A stretch of 64,000 bases of DNA from Candidatus Saccharimonadia bacterium (GTDB lineage Bacteria; Patescibacteriota; Saccharimonadia; UBA4664). A model generated the notes under the pieces. The model had not been told where the DNA came from. It worked only from the letters and a program-made list of their open reading frames with translations, and made no database searches. The DNA is taken from contig DATIIV010000012.1 of NCBI GenBank assembly GCA_035479295.1, positions 65,010 to 129,009 on the forward strand, written 5' to 3'. Within the stretch, counting starts at the first letter, position 1, and the number at the start of each line of letters is the position of its first letter. A program made the translations under genes and the position numbers. Shown here piece after piece: positions 27,260 to 36,987 of the stretch.

Positions 27260-29263
27260 TTATCGGAGTGAGGTTGGCGGTTTGGGTCGGCGCCATAGCC
27301 AGTGGTGCAGGGTTAGGCTGATGCCGCCGAGCAGGCCCAGGCTGAGGCCAATCAGCGAGGCGTTGACGGCCGTCTTGTTGCCCTTAAGCGGCGCAAAGAG
27401 TAGGTTGCGAATGGTCTGGAGGGGCGACAGGTTGTTCTGTACGTCGACGCGCCGGCTGGCTATTTGGGTCTGGCCGCTGGGCGTGGTGGTGACGGCCGTG
27501 ACGGTGTGCTGGCCGTTGGTGAGGTAGGTAGTGTCGAGCTGATTGCCAGTGGTAACGGGCGTGCCGTCGACTTTAATGATGGTGTGGCCGCGGCTGCCCG
27601 GCGTGCCCAGGCTGATGGTGCCGCCCACCACGGGCTGGGCACCGGCCGGAATGGGTACCGGCGTGCTGGTGCCGGGCGGCGTAATGGTAATGGGGTTGCC
27701 GCTGCCCGGCGCCGGGCTGGGCGAGGGGCTGGGGTTGGGCGGTGCCTGGGTCTGTACGGTGAGGTTGGCCCGGGCCGAGGCGTTGCCGGCGGCGTCGTAG
27801 GCCTCCACCTGAAAGGTGTAGTTGGTGGAGGCCGCCAGATTCTGGGCGAGGTAGCTGGTGCCGGCCTGGTCGGCCACGCGGCTGCCGCCCTGGTACACGC
27901 GGTAGCCGCGCACACCCACATTGTCGCTGGCGGCGTTCCAGGCCAGGCTAATCTGGGCGTTGGTAATGAGCGTGGCGCGCAGGCTGCCCGGCACCGACGG
28001 CGCCTGGGTGTCGCCGGGATTGGGCGTCGCGGTGGGCGGAGTCGTGGGCGTGGGAGTGTGGGTGGGCACCGGAGTTGGCGTGGGGGTATGAGTGGGGACG
28101 GGCGTGGGCGCTGTGGTTGGGGGAGGCGTTGGTGCGGGAGTGGTCGCGGCCAGGCTGTGGGCATAGTTCCAAATCAGCTGCCCCAGCGCATCGATGTTCG
28201 TGGGGTTGCCCGAGCTATTAACGGCCACATTGTAGAATGGCCCGCCGCCGTTCACAAACTCAAATCCGCTCAGGCCGTTGCCGTGCCAGGGCAGAATGCC
28301 CACGCCCAACCCCGGTGCCACGCTAAAGGCCGCCTGGGTGCCGGCCTGCAGCAGCGGGTTGTCGCCGGAGCTATCGCCATCGATCCAGCCGGTCTCGCCA
28401 ATCATCAGCGGCAGGTTTTGGCCGTGCATGGCCTGAATAAAGCTGCTTAGCTGGCTGCTCTTATTGGCCCAATTGCCATACACATGCACCGAGAACGCTA
28501 CATTACCGTAACTATTTTTTAACCCCGGTCCATACTGCAAAAAGGCGCTCTGACTATGCCAATCGCCGCCGTAACTCTGCTCCTGGCCGCAGTTTGAGCC
28601 ATCGTACACAATCATATTTTGGGCGCCGGTGGCTCGAATAGCACTCGAGTAATCGTTCATCATGTTGGTCCAGGTGCTGTCGGCATTGCCACTGCCAGGC
28701 TCATTATATAAGTTGAACCAGACGTAAGGATTCGTCTTGTAACGATTAGCTTTGTCGATCCACCAGGTCTTAATGGCGGCGTAGTCGGTGCCATTAACGT
28801 AACCGCAATCGGCACGGGGGTGCATGTCTATCATCACCACCATATGGCGGTTGGTGTACTCGGTGACGATGCCGTCCAGGTCGTTATTAACGCCCGAGAT
28901 GCCGGGGGTGACGCCGGCGTTGTACTGCGACGGATTCTCGGGGCCGCTGTCGAGCTCGCTGTTGAGGCGGATGATGTTCCACTTCCAGGCGGCCTGGGCC
29001 GGCCCGCTCTCGCCCAGGGTGGGGTTACCCCACACAAAGTGCGGCCCGTCCAAGTTGGTCCCCACCGGCGTAAAGACGGCGCCATTGGGGTCGATAATTT
29101 GCCAGCCGCTGAGGTGAAAAGTGCCGGCCGCGAGGCTGTGGCGCACCACGTACAGGCCCGCGACGACGGTGAGCGCCACCACCGCCGCCATGGCCACTAA
29201 GCTCCAGCGGCTGGTTAGTCGAAGACGCCCGAGAGCGATTTTGGAGCGGCGCTTACGCCTCAT
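27260..29263 (-). CDS. Secreted GH5 glycoside hydrolase with PT linker, Fn3 domain and C-terminal TM/basic tail
   Basis: Start ATG at 29263 follows AGGGA; the upstream in-frame codons lack an RBS. GH5 motifs NLYNEPG (acid/base) and GETGW (nucleophile). PT-rich linker, Fn3 sequence, C-terminal LIGLSLGLLGGISLTLHHWLWRRPKPP. Confidence 0.75.
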   Translation of the reverse strand: MRRKRRSKIALGRLRLTSRWSLVAMAAVVALTVVAGLYVVRHSLAAGTFHLSGWQIIDPNGAVFTPVGTNLDGPHFVWGNPTLGESGPAQAAWKWNIIRLNSELDSGPENPSQYNAGVTPGISGVNNDLDGIVTEYTNRHMVVMIDMHPRADCGYVNGTDYAAIKTWWIDKANRYKTNPYVWFNLYNEPGSGNADSTWTNMMNDYSSAIRATGAQNMIVYDGSNCGQEQSYGGDWHSQSAFLQYGPGLKNSYGNVAFSVHVYGNWANKSSQLSSFIQAMHGQNLPLMIGETGWIDGDSSGDNPLLQAGTQAAFSVAPGLGVGILPWHGNGLSGFEFVNGGGPFYNVAVNSSGNPTNIDALGQLIWNYAHSLAATTPAPTPPPTTAPTPVPTHTPTPTPVPTHTPTPTTPPTATPNPGDTQAPSVPGSLRATLITNAQISLAWNAASDNVGVRGYRVYQGGSRVADQAGTSYLAQNLAASTNYTFQVEAYDAAGNASARANLTVQTQAPPNPSPSPSPAPGSGNPITITPPGTSTPVPIPAGAQPVVGGTISLGTPGSRGHTIIKVDGTPVTTGNQLDTTYLTNGQHTVTAVTTTPSGQTQIASRRVDVQNNLSPLQTIRNLLFAPLKGNKTAVNASLIGLSLGLLGGISLTLHHWLWRRPKPPTSLR

Positions 29264-29311
29264 TGTGGTCCCTATTAATGTGCTTATGATTATATACTGC
29301 CTGCCCAGCAG

Positions 29312-29340
29312 TTGACGAATGCGGTTAAATGGGGGATTAT
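29312..29340 (+). promoter_or_regulatory. Putative sigma-70-like promoter of the LuxR-repeat operon
   Basis: TTGACG, 17 nt spacer, GATTAT; located about 40 nt upstream of GTG at 29380. Confidence 0.4.
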
Positions 29341-29379
29341 GGGCGGTGCCTTGTACCGAATGTACGGGAGTAATTAGAC

Positions 29380-30366
29380 GTGACAGCTTACGCAGAAGTG
29401 GCCGATGGCCACTGGGTCCGTCCCTCATTTAGCGCCTATGAACTTGAGGTGGCGGAGCGAATTCTAGCCGGCTATTCTCACAAGGTGTTGGCGCAGTGGC
29501 GTGCCCAATGCGTGGGCGCGGAACGAACGGATACGTCGATCACTTCGGTGCTGACTCGCTTGGGCCGGTTGGTTGCACGAGGCGATTCGATTCGCCTGAC
29601 GGTCATCATGGCGGAGCTGAGCTTAATTAAGCTGCCGAATGTGCAGCCCTGGGAAACTGATGCCTTGATGGAATCGGGCCTCAGTTTTGCCTGGGAACAG
29701 ATCCTGGAGCTGGCCATGAATGGCTGCAGCGCTCAACAGATCGCGACGAGGCTAAACCTCAGCTTCTCGCAGGTTCGAGGGCGGATCAGAATGTTACGCT
29801 ACTCCGGCGCGTTTAGGCAGTCTAGACTAATCCGACAGGTGGCAGTTTGGCTGACAACGAGATCTTTCATTCCGGACCGGCTTTCGAAGCGGCCGGTGGT
29901 TCAGGGGCCTCTGCTCTGGCATTACCTGATGGGCTACGATGAAGTGGAGACTCAGAGGCGACTTAACTGCGTCCCGTGGGTGGTGCCAACTTGGACAGCT
30001 CAAATGTTGACGCGCCTGAGAGAGACCTCGCTACTCAGAAGTTGTTTGGACGGCGTGAATAGCGGTAGGCTGCGGCTACCCTATCCACTGCGAGGATCCG
30101 TGGAGGCGCTGACTAAGCAGCCGCTTAGCTCTCGGTGCGTGGAGGAGCTGCGCGATCACGTGATGCGCGCTCGGAATATGACCCTTCAGCAGCAGGCTGC
30201 ACTACGTCAGCCTCAGCCTGATTGGCACGACATCTGTCGTGAGGTGCGCGTCGATACGCCCTGGCAGGCCCTGATGGTTGGGGCGGGTTATGTGTCTAGG
30301 CTAGATCAGTGTGGTGCTTTGGCGCCTCCGAACGCCTACAAGGGAGACGCACAGAATGGCAGCTAG
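29380..30366 (+). CDS. Multi-HTH LuxR-like DNA-binding protein, paralog 1
   Basis: GGGAG RBS and GTG start. Two LuxR/GerE-like HTH segments (ELEVAERILAGYSHKVLAQ; EQILELAMNGCSAQQIATRLNLSFSQVRGRIRMLR). No receiver or ligand-binding domain. Confidence 0.5.
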   Translation: MTAYAEVADGHWVRPSFSAYELEVAERILAGYSHKVLAQWRAQCVGAERTDTSITSVLTRLGRLVARGDSIRLTVIMAELSLIKLPNVQPWETDALMESGLSFAWEQILELAMNGCSAQQIATRLNLSFSQVRGRIRMLRYSGAFRQSRLIRQVAVWLTTRSFIPDRLSKRPVVQGPLLWHYLMGYDEVETQRRLNCVPWVVPTWTAQMLTRLRETSLLRSCLDGVNSGRLRLPYPLRGSVEALTKQPLSSRCVEELRDHVMRARNMTLQQQAALRQPQPDWHDICREVRVDTPWQALMVGAGYVSRLDQCGALAPPNAYKGDAQNGS

Positions 30367-31258
30367 CGATCTCGCTTGGGAGAATCCCTCGGAGCGACAG
30401 ATCTGCCAGCTTGTACTGGAGGGGAACAGCATACTTGGCATTGCCGAGCAGCTGGGACTGAGCCCCGGTGGCGTCAGAAGCAAGCTCAACCGAGTTCATA
30501 CCAGAACTGGCATTCACGGCCGGTCAGCGATGATCTTAGCGCTGACCGAAGCGGGCGTTCTAACCGTGCCGATCAGCCGAGCCCAGCAGCTAAAGACCTC
30601 TCCGGCGGTAATTCAATCTGACCCTTTCTGGTTGTTGCTAGCGGAGATATCGATGCTGGACGTCAGTCTCGGCTGGCTCAACAGTGCCTCTGGTCGCTCG
30701 GTTAAGCAGATTGACAAGCTGTGTGGCCGAGTTACTCGATTAATGCATAAGGCACACCCGGGTAGGTCCGTGCTTAACCAGATGGCAATCGATCGTGCTA
30801 TCCTGGGATCGATCCAACTGCCGCAGGCATCTCAACTGCAGCTGGTTTGGGGGCCGCTGCTATGGTACCTGCTGATGGGCTATGCGCCGCAGGAAATAGC
30901 CCTTGCTCTTTGCAAGAAAGGTTGGGTGATACCGGCGAAGAGATTAGTGGATCAATGGCTGGTGCGTTTGTGGAAGCAATGCGGCAGCGCTGGTGTGGCC
31001 CCGACACTCGTGCGGCTCGTGCGGCAGCGTCAGGTGCAGCTGCCCTATGTGCTGCAGCGGGCCACTGATCGGCTGAAGTTCATGGTGCCGGATGCTGCGC
31101 TGAGCGAGCAGTTAGATCAATGTTACGATACACTGGTGCGGCGGAGTCTGCCGCTGGGCGTTAACCTTAAAGACCAGTTTGGGCTCTGCGACCGCCTGGG
31201 AGTGGCCAATCCCTGGCAGGCTATGTTGGTGGCCGCCTATTTGGGGCGGCTGCGGTAA
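30356..31258 (+). CDS. Multi-HTH LuxR-like DNA-binding protein, paralog 2
   Basis: ATG at 30356 after GGGAG overlaps the upstream stop by 11 nt. Classic LuxR HTH ERQICQLVLEGNSILGIAEQLGLSPGGVRSKLNRVHTRTG. The C-terminal half is similar to paralog 1. Confidence 0.5.
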   Translation: MAASDLAWENPSERQICQLVLEGNSILGIAEQLGLSPGGVRSKLNRVHTRTGIHGRSAMILALTEAGVLTVPISRAQQLKTSPAVIQSDPFWLLLAEISMLDVSLGWLNSASGRSVKQIDKLCGRVTRLMHKAHPGRSVLNQMAIDRAILGSIQLPQASQLQLVWGPLLWYLLMGYAPQEIALALCKKGWVIPAKRLVDQWLVRLWKQCGSAGVAPTLVRLVRQRQVQLPYVLQRATDRLKFMVPDAALSEQLDQCYDTLVRRSLPLGVNLKDQFGLCDRLGVANPWQAMLVAAYLGRLR

Positions 31259-31261
31259 CTA

Positions 31262-31304
31262 GGGCGGGGAGGCATTCGTGCCTCCCCGCCCTTAACCATT
31301 TTTA
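31262..31304. terminator. Bidirectional terminator between convergent genes
   Basis: Perfect 13-bp stem GGGCGGGGAGGCA / TGCCTCCCCGCCC with loop TTCG, then TTAACCATTTTT. Confidence 0.65.
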
Positions 31305-31315
31305 GGCGTCGCTTG

Positions 31316-32113
31316 CTACACCTCCACCGTCTTTATCGTCCACATATCCCAGGCCAGGCCGCGATTGCCCAGGTAGGCGAACGGCAGGTAAAAATACCCC
31401 TTATCGCCCCAACCGGTGCCCCAAGAGTTGCGGCCAATGAACTGCTGCTTGGTCTGGTCGTAGCCCACAATCAGTACGGCGTGGCCGCCCAGCAGTTTCT
31501 CGCTCTTGTGGGGCAGAGGAATGACGCCGGTCGTATTAGCGGCTGGGCTCTCAAAGCTCTCATACACTGAGATACCGGTAATGAACGGGTAGCCGCTAGC
31601 TAGGCAGGCCAGCATATCGCCGAAGGGATTGAGGTGATGGGTGACGATGCGCTGATAGGTAAGGGCTTGATTTTTTTCGGCTTCATCAAAGCACTTTTTG
31701 GTAGGCTTAACGGTAAACTTGGTAATGTCGTAAGGCCAATCCGTCTCGGGTGCGCTCCCAATCTTAACGAGAACTTTAACACCATCGCGCAGCCGGGCGC
31801 CGGCATCGCTGTTAACCGTGCCTTCCACATCGCGCTCGTTCCAGTAAATAAAAAGACGGCTCGGTGTCATAAAGGCCTTGCCCTCTTGGTGGCGGTCAAA
31901 GTCGAAAGCGGCGGCCAGCGCGTTAGCGGTGCAGCTGCCCAAGTGGCCTTGGTTGTAAATGGGCGGACATTTGTGGCGCAGATCGGCCTGGGGCGGCAGG
32001 GGAGCGGCTACTTGGGCTAGGGCGGCCGTGCCGTCAAAGATGTGGTCCCGTTGGTCGGGTAGGTCGGGTAGCCAGCCGAGGCCGTGGTTTTGAGGAGTAA
32101 CGTTGTGTGCCAT
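31316..32113 (-). CDS. Papain-like (C1A) cysteine peptidase, no signal peptide, copy 1
   Basis: Catalytic Cys motif QGHLGSCTANAL, His motif GGHAVLIVGYD, Asn motif NSWG. Confidence 0.8.
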   Translation of the reverse strand: MAHNVTPQNHGLGWLPDLPDQRDHIFDGTAALAQVAAPLPPQADLRHKCPPIYNQGHLGSCTANALAAAFDFDRHQEGKAFMTPSRLFIYWNERDVEGTVNSDAGARLRDGVKVLVKIGSAPETDWPYDITKFTVKPTKKCFDEAEKNQALTYQRIVTHHLNPFGDMLACLASGYPFITGISVYESFESPAANTTGVIPLPHKSEKLLGGHAVLIVGYDQTKQQFIGRNSWGTGWGDKGYFYLPFAYLGNRGLAWDMWTIKTVEV

Positions 32114-32283
32114 AATGAGCCCTCATTTACGATGCTTGAATTATTTATTCTAGGCCTCAGCAGCGGTGGCGGGATTGGGCACATTGGCGATTAAATAGGC
32201 TTAAGCCGCCGAACAATTGGGCAAACCGGCTCTGGCGCGAGGGCGGGGTTAGGTCTAGGCTAAGGCCTAATCAAGCGACGTTT

Positions 32284-32679
32284 ATGGCATTGCGAATTCT
32301 GATTGTCGAAGATTCGGTTAGCATTCGTATGTTGTACCAGGAGGTGCTACACAAGGCGGGCTATGAGGTCGAGGTGGCGACGGACGGCCAGGTAGCCTTG
32401 AGGCTGGCTCAGGCGCAGCCGTTCGACTGTATTGTGGTTGACATGTTGATGCCAAACCTTGATGGGCTGGCCTTTCTTAAGGCCTTTGATTGTCGACGTC
32501 ATCCCAAGACGCGCGTGATCATGGCCAGCAACTTGGACGATCCGCAGAAACGCGAGCAGGCGCTGGCGCTGGGTGCGGCCGCCTACATCATCAAGGCCGA
32601 GGTGTCGTTGCCGGAGTTATTGCGCAAGATTGATCCGACGCGGCCTGCTCCCGGAGCTTCGGCCGAGGGCGTGCATTAA
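32284..32679 (+). CDS. Stand-alone response regulator receiver
   Basis: ILIVEDS ... CIVVDMLMP ... VIMASN ... K. 131 aa. Confidence 0.85.
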   Translation: MALRILIVEDSVSIRMLYQEVLHKAGYEVEVATDGQVALRLAQAQPFDCIVVDMLMPNLDGLAFLKAFDCRRHPKTRVIMASNLDDPQKREQALALGAAAYIIKAEVSLPELLRKIDPTRPAPGASAEGVH

Positions 32680-32709
32680 CCTCGTCCGCATGGTAATCTG
32701 GGCGATAGA

Positions 32710-34035
32710 ATGGATGATATTCAGTCTCAGCCTATCTTTTTGATTATTGTTGGCATCTCGGGCGATTTGGCGCGTCGCAAGCTCTTGCCGGCTCTGCGCC
32801 AGATTGCGGCGGCGGGTGAGTTGCCACGCGAGTTTCGGGTTATCGGCATCACCCGCCGGCAGCTCAATGTGGCCAGCCTAACGGCCGGCGATGCCTTTTT
32901 GGCCGCGCACCTGGAGCTCTACCAAATGGATCTGGCCGAAGTCGCGGCCTACGACGGCCTTAAGCGACATCTGGCACAGCTCGAGCAGCAGTTGGGCGGC
33001 GCGGCTCAGCGGCTGTATTATCTCTCGGTGCCGCCGCAGGTGTCTGGGCCAATCGTGCAATTATTGGGCGAGTCTGGCTTAGCGGCTATGCCAGACAGTA
33101 AGTTGCTGCTCGAGAAGCCGTTTGGCACCGATCTCGCTTCGGCTGAGGACTTTATTGCCCACACCCAGCGCCACTTTACCGAGGACCAAATCTACCGCAT
33201 CGACCACTACTTGGCCAAAGAGATGGCTCAGAATCTGCTGGTATTTCGGGGCGGCAATGCGCTGTTTCGGCGCACCTGGAACCATGAGTTTATCGAGCGC
33301 ATCGAGCTGCTGGCCAGCGAAGAGATCGGCATTGAGGGTCGCTCGGCCTTTTACGAGCAGACCGGCGCGCTGCGCGATTTGGTGCAGAGCCACCTGCTGC
33401 AGCTGGCGGCTCTCACGCTCATGGAGGTCCCGCCGGCCGGCGACGAGACCCAGCTGCGGGCGGCCCGGCTCGCCGCCTTGCAGGCGCTGCAGCCGCCGGT
33501 CGATAGTACGCGGGATGTGCGCCGCGGCCAGTATATTGGCTACCGGGCCGAGGTGGCCAACCCCGCTAGTGCCACCGAGACGTTTGTATCGCTGACGCTC
33601 CGATCGCACGATCCGCGCTGGCAGGGTGTGCCCATTACGCTCACAACCGGCAAAGGCCTGGCGCGCAAAACCACCGAAATTCGAATTCATTATCGTCAGA
33701 GCGAGGCCGACGAAGCCAATGAGCTGGTGCTGCGCGTGCAGCCGCGCGAGGGCATCGAGCTTGATCTGTGGGCCAAGCGACCCGGCTACGACCATCGGCT
33801 CGAACGCGTGCCGCTCGAGTTTGCCTACAGCCGTCACTTCGACTCGCTGCCGGAGGCCTACGAGCGCGTGCTGGTCGACGCCATGCGGTCGCGCCGCAGT
33901 CTGTTTGCTTCGAGCGAGGAGGTACTGGCCTCGTGGCGCATCCTGGCGCCGGTGCAGCGGGCTTGGGGCATGAGCGATAAAGACTTAATCCTCTATCCGC
34001 TTGGCAGTGAGCCGGCCGCCGTCATTGGTCGGTAA
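32710..34035 (+). CDS. zwf: Glucose-6-phosphate 1-dehydrogenase
   Basis: N-terminal NADP motif IVGISGDLARRKL, the RIDHYLAKE signature, and the EKPFG motif. Confidence 0.9.
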   Translation: MDDIQSQPIFLIIVGISGDLARRKLLPALRQIAAAGELPREFRVIGITRRQLNVASLTAGDAFLAAHLELYQMDLAEVAAYDGLKRHLAQLEQQLGGAAQRLYYLSVPPQVSGPIVQLLGESGLAAMPDSKLLLEKPFGTDLASAEDFIAHTQRHFTEDQIYRIDHYLAKEMAQNLLVFRGGNALFRRTWNHEFIERIELLASEEIGIEGRSAFYEQTGALRDLVQSHLLQLAALTLMEVPPAGDETQLRAARLAALQALQPPVDSTRDVRRGQYIGYRAEVANPASATETFVSLTLRSHDPRWQGVPITLTTGKGLARKTTEIRIHYRQSEADEANELVLRVQPREGIELDLWAKRPGYDHRLERVPLEFAYSRHFDSLPEAYERVLVDAMRSRRSLFASSEEVLASWRILAPVQRAWGMSDKDLILYPLGSEPAAVIGR

Positions 34036-34750
34036 TCGCTGCCATAAAGGCCGCTGCAATCGCTGCATAACCTCGCTCGTTGGGATGGAATCGGTCGGCG
34101 GCTAGCTTGCCCGTCCAGGGCAGGGCAAAGGCCGGCCCCATATCTGCTATTTTGAGTCCACGCTGCTGAGCCTGTCGATGCAGAAGCCGGCTGGCCGCTC
34201 GGTAGCGCAACACCGGTGCTAGCAGCGGCGGAATGTTAGGTCGGGCAAAGATATCGGCTACCACGGCGCCGTGTGGCAGCTGCATGAGCAAATGGTCGAG
34301 CCGCCGGAGCAGATGGCGGCGACCGCCGGGCTGAACCAAATCGTTGGAGCCGATCATAACGGTGATCAGATCGGGCCGGAGGCCCAGCTGATCCAGCACC
34401 GGCAGTTGATGATCGATCACGTCCTGAATTCGCCCACCACTAACCGATAGATTGATGAGTCGGTAGCTCCGACCGACCGCAGCTAGCCGTGCGTGGGCCT
34501 GGCCGACCCAGCCGCGGTCGTAGGCCGGGGCGCCAATGCCCTGCGACATCGAGTCGCCGAGTACCACCCACAGCCGGCCCGACCCACCAAGGGCTTGCTC
34601 ATTGGCTTGGTGCCAGGCCGCCGCATACGGCTCTGCTTGGTCTTGCACGGCTCGAAGCGACGGCCACAACTGCCGCAGTAACCGCCGTCCCAAGGCCAAG
34701 CTTGGGTGTAGGGGAGTGCGCCGCTGATAGGAGTTGGTCGCCAAAGCCAC
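34022..34750 (-). CDS. SGNH/GDSL-family hydrolase
   Basis: Block I VLGDSMSQG, block III GSNDL, and the C-terminal D..H region. Overlaps the zwf 3' end by 14 nt on the opposite strand. Confidence 0.65.
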   Translation of the reverse strand: MALATNSYQRRTPLHPSLALGRRLLRQLWPSLRAVQDQAEPYAAAWHQANEQALGGSGRLWVVLGDSMSQGIGAPAYDRGWVGQAHARLAAVGRSYRLINLSVSGGRIQDVIDHQLPVLDQLGLRPDLITVMIGSNDLVQPGGRRHLLRRLDHLLMQLPHGAVVADIFARPNIPPLLAPVLRYRAASRLLHRQAQQRGLKIADMGPAFALPWTGKLAADRFHPNERGYAAIAAAFMAAITDQ

Positions 34751-34758
34751 GGGCCGGT

Positions 34759-36987
34759 TTAGCTCTGGGCGGCGGCGCCAGACTCAGCCGTTTTGGCTCT
34801 AGCCTTAGCTTCGGCCGCTGCTCCGTTGGGTTGCGGCAGCACAATTACCGAAGTGGTCTTAAGCGGCAGCGCGAAGCCAAAGATGCTACCCTTGCCCTCC
34901 TCGGACTTAAAAATAATCGAGCCACCTTGGTCCTCGATCACGCGCTTAGCTAGGTACAAGCCCAAGCCGGTGCCGTCCGGCCGCTCGGCCTTGGCGTTCT
35001 CGGCCCGGTAAAACTTGGAGAACAGGTGACGCTTCTCGTTCTCTGGCACGCCAATGCCGCTATCGATTACCAGCACCTCGGCAGCGCCCTCAGACTCGCG
35101 CACCTCCACCGTGACGCTGCCCTTGGGCGTGTAGTAAATGGCATTATCGATAAAATTCATAATCACCTGGCGCGTCTTGCTCTCGTCGATCGACAGCATG
35201 GGCAGCGGCTTGTCGGGCTGCTTAAAGATGAGTTCCAGCTTCTTGCGCTCGGCGCTCGGCCGCAGCTGCTGCACCTCCTGCTGGGCCAGCTCGCTCAAGT
35301 CCACCGGCTGGCGCTGAATCATAAACCGCCCCGAGCTCAGTCGCGACACATTCAGCAGATCGCTCGACATCGACACCATCCGCTCGGCCGCCTCTAGCGC
35401 GTAGTTAACATACTCGCGCTGCTTCACCGTCATGTTGGCCTGGTCGTCATCGAGCGCCATCGACAAGTAGCCGGTAATGGCGGTCAGCGGCGTGCCCAGC
35501 TGGTGCGACGCCATCGAGATGAAGTCGTCTTTGGTCTTATCCAGCACCTGCAAGTTGCGGTTGGCGGTGCGCAGTCGGTGCGTCGCATTGCGAATCCGCT
35601 CCTGCAGCGTGGCGTTAAAGTGGGCGATCTCTTCGTAGGATTTAGCGTTCTCAATCGCTACGGCTAGTTCTTTGCGGACGATATCGAGCAGCGTCAGATC
35701 CTGGCCCGAATACATTTCGCCACTCATCTTGTAGCCCAGGAAGAGATAGCCCACTAGCTCTTTCTCGGTGCTTAACCTAATAATGACGCCTAGGCCATGC
35801 TCCTCTAGGAATGATTTGGTTGCACCGGGCTCAAGCTCATCTGCTACCAAGGTGCTAGCGTTAATGTGCTCTAAATCCTTGTAGGTAAGTTTATAACGGG
35901 GCTCGTCACCAATGAATGTACGACTATAAATACTGTTGTTCTCGACAATGATGATTTGACCAGTAGCGATGCGCAATGACCAACAGAGCGTGCGCAATGA
36001 CTTCTTGAGGAGCGGTTCAAGTAAGAGCTCTGAAGTCAGAATCTCGCTTAAATCATCGAGCACGATCTGACTGTCGTAGCGATCTCGAAAGAATATGCTG
36101 TCGGTGACCTTCTCGAACAGTCGGCGTAAAGGCTGAAAGGTAATGGCTAGAAATAGCGCCAGGGCAACAAAGACACCAGTTTGGGCTAGCGGGATATTAT
36201 TCTGAAAGAGAATGTTGCTTGCCGCTAGGATGGTAATTCCATACAGGCCAATAAAAGTTGTAAGAAGCAAAAGATAGGCAACTGATCGGGCGACGGCTAG
36301 CCTGATACTAAAGAGTCGATGCTTAACGATAGCGTACGAGACCGACCCCACCAAGAAAACGGTTAGCAATGGGCCGATGCGCGATATGTCCCAGTTGCCG
36401 ACGATAGCCGGAATGACAATGTTTGTGAGCACAGCCAAGATAATAAAACCCGCTATTCCCAGCATAATAAGACGAGTTTGAGCGCGAAGCCGCAAGTCGA
36501 TTCCAGTGTTCCGGTACAGCTTCCAGAGGTAGTAGCAAGATAGTCCAAACATCACCAAGATGAAAATGGGGTAGAGAGTATAAAGGCTGCCGAGAGCAAC
36601 GTTGGTTCCTCCGTCGGGCCGCTTTGAGACGGGACCAACCACGAAATCGCTTAAAGAGAAGATGGTGCCAGCAATAATAATGACGGCACTAACAAGCTGT
36701 CTCCGCTTGCTGGCGCTTTGTTTGCCGCCAAAGTAAAACGCAAACAACGTTATGGTGGCTAACACGAGAAAACCGGCGCCAAAGTCAAGGCGAGCAAAGA
36801 ACTGATCAAGGCCAAGCGTGGGAGCTCGGTCGGTAAGATAATTGAAGATCGTCCAGGCGGTGATTGACAGGGAGATGCCAAAAAACGCCCGACTCTCGGC
36901 TCGCTGAGGGTTACGCATAAACACGAGCGAGCCGAGAGCCAAATTGCTTACTGAGGCGAGTATGAGGATGGCGAGGTCAAATATCAT
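34759..36987 (-). CDS. PrsK-like sensor histidine kinase (about 300-aa multi-TM N-terminal domain, GAF-like region, HisKA, HATPase_c), cassette A
   Basis: H-box ISMASHQLGTPLT, N-box IDNAIYYT, G-boxes DSGIGV and GTGLGL. Paralog of 53845-56013. Its start overlaps the upstream stop as ATGA. Confidence 0.8.
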   Translation of the reverse strand: MIFDLAILILASVSNLALGSLVFMRNPQRAESRAFFGISLSITAWTIFNYLTDRAPTLGLDQFFARLDFGAGFLVLATITLFAFYFGGKQSASKRRQLVSAVIIIAGTIFSLSDFVVGPVSKRPDGGTNVALGSLYTLYPIFILVMFGLSCYYLWKLYRNTGIDLRLRAQTRLIMLGIAGFIILAVLTNIVIPAIVGNWDISRIGPLLTVFLVGSVSYAIVKHRLFSIRLAVARSVAYLLLLTTFIGLYGITILAASNILFQNNIPLAQTGVFVALALFLAITFQPLRRLFEKVTDSIFFRDRYDSQIVLDDLSEILTSELLLEPLLKKSLRTLCWSLRIATGQIIIVENNSIYSRTFIGDEPRYKLTYKDLEHINASTLVADELEPGATKSFLEEHGLGVIIRLSTEKELVGYLFLGYKMSGEMYSGQDLTLLDIVRKELAVAIENAKSYEEIAHFNATLQERIRNATHRLRTANRNLQVLDKTKDDFISMASHQLGTPLTAITGYLSMALDDDQANMTVKQREYVNYALEAAERMVSMSSDLLNVSRLSSGRFMIQRQPVDLSELAQQEVQQLRPSAERKKLELIFKQPDKPLPMLSIDESKTRQVIMNFIDNAIYYTPKGSVTVEVRESEGAAEVLVIDSGIGVPENEKRHLFSKFYRAENAKAERPDGTGLGLYLAKRVIEDQGGSIIFKSEEGKGSIFGFALPLKTTSVIVLPQPNGAAAEAKARAKTAESGAAAQS

